Notes under the pieces: generated by a model
Told to the model about the DNA's origin: nothing
The model's input: only the letters and a program-made list of their open reading frames with translations
The model's database searches: none
Translations under genes and position numbers: made by a program
Shown: positions 18,676 through 24,000 of the stretch, one piece after another
Layout: every line of letters begins with the position of its first letter
How positions within the stretch are numbered: position 1 is the first letter of the stretch
DNA from: an uncultured delta proteobacterium
GTDB lineage: Bacteria; Desulfobacterota; DSM-4660; Desulfatiglandales; Desulfatiglandaceae
DNA length: 24,000 nucleotides
Assembly (NCBI GenBank): GCA_963830155.1
Contig: CAWHLE010000024.1
Span: forward strand, 179,602-203,601
Reading direction: 5' to 3'

Positions 18676-18753
18676 GATGTGAGATGATGGGATAAAGGAT
18701 CGAGCGCTTTGACCCGTGCCTCGTGCTTTTCGTCCTTCTCACATCTCACATCT
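18676..18753. repeat. 12-bp inverted repeat flanking a 54-nt loop between the M16 peptidase gene and dut
   Basis: AGATGTGAGATG (18676-18687) and CATCTCACATCT (18742-18753), perfectly complementary; second arm ends 4 nt before AAGGAGG. Confidence 0.7.
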
Positions 18754-19226
18754 GCAAAAGGAGGCTTGAACTGGAGAGGGTCCTTGTCAGGATTCGGAAG
18801 GTGGGCGAAAAGGCCGCGTTCTCGATGCCCGAATACCAGACCGATGGAGCATCGGGTATGGATGTGCGGGCCTGTCTGGAGGCGCCTAATGTCCTCAATC
18901 CTGGAGAGATCCGTTTCATTCCAACGGGACTATCCATTTCTCTGCCGCCAGGCTACGAGGCCCAGATCCGCCCCAGGAGCGGCCTTGCCTTCCGGCACGG
19001 CGTCGGGATGGTGAACTCGCCCGGGACGATCGATTCCGACTTTAGGGGGGAGATCGGCGTGCTCCTCGTCAACTGGGGGAAAGAACCCTTTTGCGTCCGA
19101 CATGGTGACCGTATCGCACAAATGGTCATCACCCGTGTGTACCGGGCAGAGCTTGTCGTGGTGGAAGAGGAACTGGACGGGACCCCCAGGGGAGTCGGTG
19201 GGTTCGGCCACACGGGGATCCGTTGA
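18723..19226 (+). CDS. dut: Deoxyuridine 5'-triphosphate nucleotidohydrolase (dUTPase); start uncertain (GTG 18723, or CTG 18771 behind a better SD)
   Basis: [73 protein letters not shown]. Confidence 0.93.
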   Translation: MLFVLLTSHICKRRLELERVLVRIRKVGEKAAFSMPEYQTDGASGMDVRACLEAPNVLNPGEIRFIPTGLSISLPPGYEAQIRPRSGLAFRHGVGMVNSPGTIDSDFRGEIGVLLVNWGKEPFCVRHGDRIAQMVITRVYRAELVVVEEELDGTPRGVGGFGHTGIR

Positions 19227-20008
19227 TGGGGCGAGTGCGCTTTTCGGCCCTTGCGTCTGGGAGCGGTGGAAACGCCTGCTACGTCGAAACAAACCATGCA
19301 AGAATCCTCATTGACGCGGGCATCAGCTGCCGGGACCTGGTCCAACGGCTCAAGAAGATTGGAGCGGATCCCGAAGGGCTCGACGCCCTGATTATCACTC
19401 ATGAACATTTGGACCATGTGCGGGGCGCCGGCGCCGTGGCACGCCGGTTCGATCTTCCGGTCTACGTCAACCGCAGGACCTATGAGCGGGGCCGTAAGAC
19501 CCTTGGAAATCTCCCAAAGCCGATTCTTTTTCACACCGGACAGACTCTGACTATCCGAGACCTGAATGTGGAGACCTTCACCAAGTGCCATGATGCCGCA
19601 GACCCGGTGGGTGTGGTCGTGGGGTGGGACGGGTGCCGGTTGGGGCTTGTAACCGATCTGGGGCGACCGACCCGTCTCGTTGAAGATCGGTTAAAGACGT
19701 GCCGGACGGTCATCCTGGAATTCAACCATGATCTGTCCATGCTTGAACAGGGGCCCTATCCTCTTTTCCTCAAACGGAGAATCAAGGGCCCGGACGGCCA
19801 TTTGTCTAACGTGCAGGCAGGTGAGATTCTCGGGGGCCTGTGCCATGGAGAGATGGAGAGGGTGGTGCTTGCCCACCTCAGCGAGATCAATAACACCGTT
19901 GAGAAGGCACTCGAACACGCACATGAGGCCCTGGAGCAATACGGCCATTGGGCAGGAGAGGTTGTGGTAAGCGCTCAGAACGAACCCATGCCCCTGGTGG
20001 AACTGTGA
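19226..20008 (+). CDS. MBL-fold metallo-hydrolase, WalJ/YycJ-like
   Basis: SALASGSGGNACYVETNHARILIDAGISC, ITHEHLDHVRGAGAVARRF, LGLVTDLGRPT, HLSEINNT. Confidence 0.87.
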   Translation: MGRVRFSALASGSGGNACYVETNHARILIDAGISCRDLVQRLKKIGADPEGLDALIITHEHLDHVRGAGAVARRFDLPVYVNRRTYERGRKTLGNLPKPILFHTGQTLTIRDLNVETFTKCHDAADPVGVVVGWDGCRLGLVTDLGRPTRLVEDRLKTCRTVILEFNHDLSMLEQGPYPLFLKRRIKGPDGHLSNVQAGEILGGLCHGEMERVVLAHLSEINNTVEKALEHAHEALEQYGHWAGEVVVSAQNEPMPLVEL

Positions 20009-20022
20009 TGGGAGGGGCTGAA

Positions 20023-20244
20023 ATGGCGACGGTTGATTCGGTTGACCGGCCCGTTTCAAATGCGAGGAGACGCAGGAAGAAAGCATACCTTTGCAGCTGC
20101 TGCGGCACGTCCCCACCCTTCTGTTGGACCTGCCCGTGCGGTTTTCAGATCTGTAATACCTGCATGGAAGAAAACCTCTGGGGCTTCACCTGCAGTGGAG
20201 TGAACTGGCAGTGTCCCGACTGTGGGGCGTTGAGGCCTTTTTAA
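20023..20244 (+). CDS. Small cysteine-rich, probably Zn-binding, protein (73 aa, 11 Cys), function unknown
   Basis: MATVDSVDRPVSNARRRRKKAYLCSCCGTSPPFCWTCPCGFQICNTCMEENLWGFTCSGVNWQCPDCGALRPF; compact gene spacing in an otherwise coding-dense + strand run. Start inferred at ATG 20023. Confidence 0.75.
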   Translation: MATVDSVDRPVSNARRRRKKAYLCSCCGTSPPFCWTCPCGFQICNTCMEENLWGFTCSGVNWQCPDCGALRPF

Positions 20245-20277
20245 AGATCATGAAGAGGGGTTGCGAGAGGCCAAGTC

Positions 20278-20799
20278 ATGGAAGCCACAGTGATTGATGC
20301 CTATTTTTATGCCCTGTCAAGGGTCATCGATGCCATTTACAGGGATGATGAAACGCTTGACGATGTCCTTTATTTCATCGTCTCCCTCGCCACGGAATTG
20401 ACCGGCGCAAAGGGAAGCACCATCCGCGTCCTTGAACAGGATACCTTTAATCTCAAGATCGTCTCCAGCTATGGGTTGAGTGAGACTTATCTGAAATCGG
20501 GCGCCATCGACCGCGGGAAGAGCATTACCGAGATCCTGCAAGGAGACATTATCATCATCAACGAATTTGAAAAAGACCCTCGTATCGAGCATCTGGAGGC
20601 GGCCGAACGAGAAGGGGTGAAGGCCGTCATCGGCATCCCGTTCACGGTCAACGAGACCACCTACAGTATCCTCCGGGTCTACTTTCCCGCAAAGAAGGTC
20701 CCCACCCATGAGGAGATGGAGCTCCTGAAGAGTTTGGGGAGGCTTAGCTGCCTCGCCATGGATCGTGCGGTGCTAAGCGATATTCGAAACACTGTGTAA
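20278..20799 (+). CDS. GAF domain-containing protein
   Basis: 173 aa: ILDDVLYFIVSLATELTGAKGSTIRVLEQDTFNLKIVSSYGLSETYL... region typical of GAF domains, including IGIPFTVNETTYSILRVYF. Confidence 0.82.
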   Translation: MEATVIDAYFYALSRVIDAIYRDDETLDDVLYFIVSLATELTGAKGSTIRVLEQDTFNLKIVSSYGLSETYLKSGAIDRGKSITEILQGDIIIINEFEKDPRIEHLEAAEREGVKAVIGIPFTVNETTYSILRVYFPAKKVPTHEEMELLKSLGRLSCLAMDRAVLSDIRNTV

Positions 20800-21269
20800 T
20801 GAAGGTCATCGAGAATCCTTGCCTCCACGTTGTTCTCTATCAGCCTGAAATTCCTGCCAACACGGGGAACATCGCCCGGCTTTGCGGCGCGGCGGAATTG
20901 AGCCTCCACCTCATCCATCCCCTGGGATTCAAGACCGACGACCGCAATCTGAAGCGGGCAGGATTGGATTACTGGGCGGAAGTGGATGTCCGTCACCATC
21001 TCAGCTTCGATGCATTCCTGAAGACCCTGACCTGCGGGGCGCGATTGCACGCCTTCAGCACCCACGCGTCTACCCCTTACACCAGCGCGACGGTTCACCG
21101 GGGCGACTTCCTGATCTTCGGTCCCGAGACAAGGGGACTACCATCCCACATCCGTGAAGGCTACCCTTCTTATACCATCCCCATCTGGGGCCGGGTACGC
21201 AGCCTGAACCTCTCAACGAGCGTGGGAATCGTTACATACCATTACCTGCACCAAATGGGACGATTTTGA
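20799..21269 (+). CDS. trmL: tRNA (cytidine(34)-2'-O)-methyltransferase (SPOUT family, TrmL-like)
   Basis: VVLYQPEIPANTGNIARLCGA, HLIHPLGF, RAGLDYW, FGPETRGLP, IPIWGRVRSLNLSTSVGIVTYHYL; start overlaps GAF stop (TAATG). Confidence 0.93.
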   Translation: MKVIENPCLHVVLYQPEIPANTGNIARLCGAAELSLHLIHPLGFKTDDRNLKRAGLDYWAEVDVRHHLSFDAFLKTLTCGARLHAFSTHASTPYTSATVHRGDFLIFGPETRGLPSHIREGYPSYTIPIWGRVRSLNLSTSVGIVTYHYLHQMGRF

Positions 21270-21313
21270 GATGTGAAGAATCGTTAATGGCGCGCAAGAA
21301 TGGCCCTTGGCTT

Positions 21314-21547
21314 CTACAATTCTTTTAAAAGGGGGAGTCTTTTGCCGAGTGATTCCAGGACGTCATCGACCTGGGCCAGCTTGAGAATCCCCTGTTCCAA
21401 TAGAATGCGTCCTATAAGCCTGTGCTTGCCGCATTCAACATCCTCCAGGACCTGGACCCTCATGGCCTCCACAATCTGTTCGGCTGTCACGAATCCCTTT
21501 TCCACGGCCACGATTCCAAAGCGTTTCTCTAGGTGCTCTGTTTCCAT
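21314..21547 (-). CDS. Small protein with MshEN/GspE N-terminal-like repeats, about 77 aa
   Basis: FGIVAVEKGFVTAEQIVEAMRVQ ... LIGRILLEQGILKLAQVDDVL resembles the paired 'LGEILVEKGLIT..QLEEAL' motif. ATG at 21547 preferred over TTG 21580. Confidence 0.6.
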   Translation of the reverse strand: METEHLEKRFGIVAVEKGFVTAEQIVEAMRVQVLEDVECGKHRLIGRILLEQGILKLAQVDDVLESLGKRLPLLKEL

Positions 21548-21604
21548 CTTAGGACTCCGGAATGAATAGGGGTTGCCCAACGATAGCCTGACGGGCTCAG
21601 GCCG

Positions 21605-22693
21605 CTATTGAAGCTTTTTCAGCAAAATATCCAGCTTCTGAATATCCTGCCCGGCCTTTGAATGATTGGGATTGAGCCGCAGGGTTTCCTGCCACTCCTT
21701 CAGGGCTTCCTCGAATTTTTCTTCATTATAGTACGCCATTCCTTTTTTGTAATGAAGTTCGGCCCTGTTTTCGAGATACTTCTGAATGTGGCCGGTGATT
21801 TCTCCTGTATTTTTGTAGTCCATGGGCACGTTCCGGAGTGCCGAGAGGGCTTCCTCATAGCGGCGTTCACGGAAAAAAAGCGTTCCCAGATGATAGTAGG
21901 CGTCCTGGGCCAGGCCGATGGCTTCCCGGTTGGTGGGGTCGTGCCCCAAGACCGTTTCCGCTGCGGAAATGGTCTCCTGGTATTTGCCTTTCTGGAAGTC
22001 GTTTCTGGCCTCCTTCAGGGCCGTTTCAGGATAAGCGGGACGGGCTTTTGAAGAAAGCACGCCTTGAAGGACAGGGAGCCTCAACGTGAGCCCGGGGCCT
22101 TCCTGCCGATCCTCCTCAATGCCCGTGAGATAGGCAATCACGAAGCTCAGATTGGGGTCGTTGTATACCCGTTGGGCAATGACCTTCGGGGTTTCACCGC
22201 CTTTTGTCTCGTAAGCGATGAAATCGGACCCATTTTCGTGCATGCGCTTGAGATGGGTGAGGGCCGCTTCGTGGTGAGGGTCGTAGGCGAGGCAAGAAAG
22301 AAACGCCCTTTGAGCGCCGCGCATGTCACCCTGTTGATAGCGTTTGAGTCCTGCTTCGTAATGGCGAGACGCCTCAACTTCAATATGACTTTCAATGCGC
22401 TTGATCGCCGCTTCAGGCCTTGGATCTGAGGGGGAGAGTCGATGGGTGATCCTCCAGCACAGCAAAGCCTCCTGAAGGTCCCCACGCTTTTCATGCTCAA
22501 CCGCCCTTTTTGCGTATGATTCATAGACAACCCGGAACGAATCCCCATCCGTCTGTGGCAGCGCTGATTTTCCGGCCAGTGGGATGGAACAACTTTGGAT
22601 CATCAGGACTAAAACAGAGAAGAGCACAACGTCCTTGATGCATAACAAGAAACGGAAGGGCTTTCCAGGGCTATCTTTGCCGAAGAAACCCAC
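21605..22693 (-). CDS. TPR-containing lipoprotein with LysM-like central segment
   Basis: Hydrophobic N-terminus with lipobox-like LMIQSC; TPR units HYEAGLKRYQQGDMRGAQRAFLSCLAYDPHH and AELHYKKGMAYYNEEKFEEALKEWQETLRLNPNH; LysM-like GGETPKVIAQRVYNDPNLSFVIAYLTG. Exact start uncertain. Confidence 0.82.
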   Translation of the reverse strand: MGFFGKDSPGKPFRFLLCIKDVVLFSVLVLMIQSCSIPLAGKSALPQTDGDSFRVVYESYAKRAVEHEKRGDLQEALLCWRITHRLSPSDPRPEAAIKRIESHIEVEASRHYEAGLKRYQQGDMRGAQRAFLSCLAYDPHHEAALTHLKRMHENGSDFIAYETKGGETPKVIAQRVYNDPNLSFVIAYLTGIEEDRQEGPGLTLRLPVLQGVLSSKARPAYPETALKEARNDFQKGKYQETISAAETVLGHDPTNREAIGLAQDAYYHLGTLFFRERRYEEALSALRNVPMDYKNTGEITGHIQKYLENRAELHYKKGMAYYNEEKFEEALKEWQETLRLNPNHSKAGQDIQKLDILLKKLQ

Positions 22694-22817
22694 TCAGCGT
22701 GTGTATGAGATGTTCCACCGTCTCTCGATCCTCTGCATCAACCATGACCCAGGAAACGCCCTTCCCGGGCGGATAGCCCGAGGAAGGTGCATACCATGAG
22801 AGCGGGTATACACATGG

Positions 22818-23848
22818 TCAATCCAGGGCCTCGGCATCGAAAACGCCCAGCTCTTTGGCGAATCTGGGCAGATCAAATTCCCCATAAATCATGGAGCGGC
22901 CCACGCGATAGGGATTCACAAAAAAGGGATTGCTCTTTCGTTCGACCGTGAGACCGCCGCGAAATCCCAACTTCATTAGGAGGCTTTCCACCAGCGGGTT
23001 GGTATCGCCGTACGGATAGGCCACATATTTCACGTCGGCCCCTGTCTTTTCCCGAATAATGGCGGCCGATTCCAGGACCTCCACTTTGAGTGCCTCAAAG
23101 TAATCCCTGAATGATTCCGATGGCCGCCATCCCCGCAAAGCTGCGATGGGTTTTTGAGTGGCATTGCAGGTCCATCCCTCTCCTGGCCATTTCCTGGAGT
23201 TGCTTCCAGTCCAAGGTCTTTTGGTTTCCCGTGATCAGGTCCGTATAGACGAAAAGGGTGGCGGGGTAACCATATTTTCGTAAAATCGGAAAGGCGATGT
23301 CATAAACCGATCGCCACCCGTCATCAATGGTGATGACCACGGCCTTTTGTGGTATCTGTTTCTTCGAACGCCATAAAGTCGAACAAATGGTCGAGAGGGA
23401 TGACATGAAAACCATTGTCCCTCAGGAAGCGCATCTGGGCTTCAAAGGCCGACGCCGTGACGGTCATCTGGTCCGACCGGGTTTCCGAGAATTTGTGGTA
23501 GGTGAGAACGGGCACCGTCTGGTAGCCCCTGAGGGTGAGGCCCCCTTTGCGATAATCCTCCAGCGGGACCACGAAGGGATCCCCCGGATGAAACGTCTTT
23601 GTTTCATTGAATTCCTGGACAAGCCACGCCTTGGATGGGTCATTCAGGTAGCGCGTCGCCAGGGAGGCGGGGCTCTCATCCCCTCTGGCCACTCCCGCCA
23701 CGAAAGAGGGGAAAACGAGGGGTTTCGGCTCAGGCGGTGGGAGACTTGAAGGGACGGTTGAGACCCGGGTCGGACCACAGCCGGTCATCAGCGTCAAGAC
23801 GGCAGAAAACCACCAGATCCAAATCTCATCCGCGGCAAGGGTAACCAT
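22818..23848 (-). pseudogene. Polysaccharide deacetylase (NodB-like) lipoprotein with LysM-like N-terminal segment, split across three frames by two +1 frame changes
   Basis: ORFs 23324..23848, 23095..23415 and 22818..23138 join into one protein: LTLMTGC lipobox, LTYHKF, VVITIDDGWRSVYDIAFPILRKYGYPATLFVYTDLI, QCHSKTHRSFAGM, YVAYPYGDTNPLV. Confidence 0.82.
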
Positions 23849-23862
23849 TGTGAAAGACTGGT

Positions 23863-24000
23863 TTAATTGCGGCCTTCATCCTCTGTGAACGATTGGAAGC
23901 GGAAAATTTCCCACGGCTCGGTCCTCTCCATAATCTCACGGGGAGGCACTGGTCTCACGGAGACCTTTCCCTCGATTTTTCGATAGACATCCTTGCTGAT
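23863..24000 (-). CDS. C-terminal fragment of an unidentified protein, running off the window
   Basis: Minus strand open to window end: ISKDVYRKIEGKVSVRPVPPREIMERTEPWEIFRFQSFTEDEGRN-stop, then immediate upstream neighbour of the deacetylase gene. Confidence 0.5.
   Translation of the reverse strand: MSKDVYRKIEGKVSVRPVPPREIMERTEPWEIFRFQSFTEDEGRN

Noticed and set aside
18279-18749. 156-aa minus-strand ORF opposite the M16 peptidase gene
   Set aside because: Antisense to a clear HxxEH metallopeptidase; no motif support.
1-24000. CRISPR arrays, transposases/IS ends, phage genes, toxin-antitoxin or defence modules
   Set aside because: No regularly spaced direct repeats and no ORF with such signatures were seen; the window is dominated by conserved housekeeping genes.

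Overview
This 24 kb window is mostly housekeeping DNA, with a gene order typical of Desulfobacterota/Deltaproteobacteria (lineage is inferred from gene content and order). On the + strand: 3' end of mutS, then an AMIN/Amidase_3 N-acetylmuramoyl-L-alanine amidase. On the - strand: prfB (split by its classical CTT-TGA-C programmed +1 frameshift site), lnt, and a CorC/HlyC-type CBS-domain protein. A tRNA-Gly(CCC) with its own promoter precedes a long + strand translation/RNA cluster: rimP-nusA-ylxR-infB-ylxP-rbfA-nrnA-truB-rpsO-pnp-M16 peptidase-dut. It is followed by a WalJ/YycJ-like MBL hydrolase, an 11-Cys miniprotein, a GAF protein and trmL. A - strand envelope-like group closes the window: a small MshEN-like protein, a TPR lipoprotein, and a frame-disrupted polysaccharide deacetylase lipoprotein. 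I found no CRISPR, transposase, phage, toxin-antitoxin or obvious defence system. The points most worth a second look are: the prfB recoding site; an unexplained +1 frame change in infB; two more +1 frame changes in the deacetylase gene, with a prfB-like SD + CTT-TGA motif at one of its stops; divergent promoters whose -35 boxes share a 19-bp palindrome; an intergenic CGCAAAGA/TCTTTGCG inverted-repeat element; a 12-bp inverted repeat next to the dut ribosome-binding site; and the 11-cysteine miniprotein.
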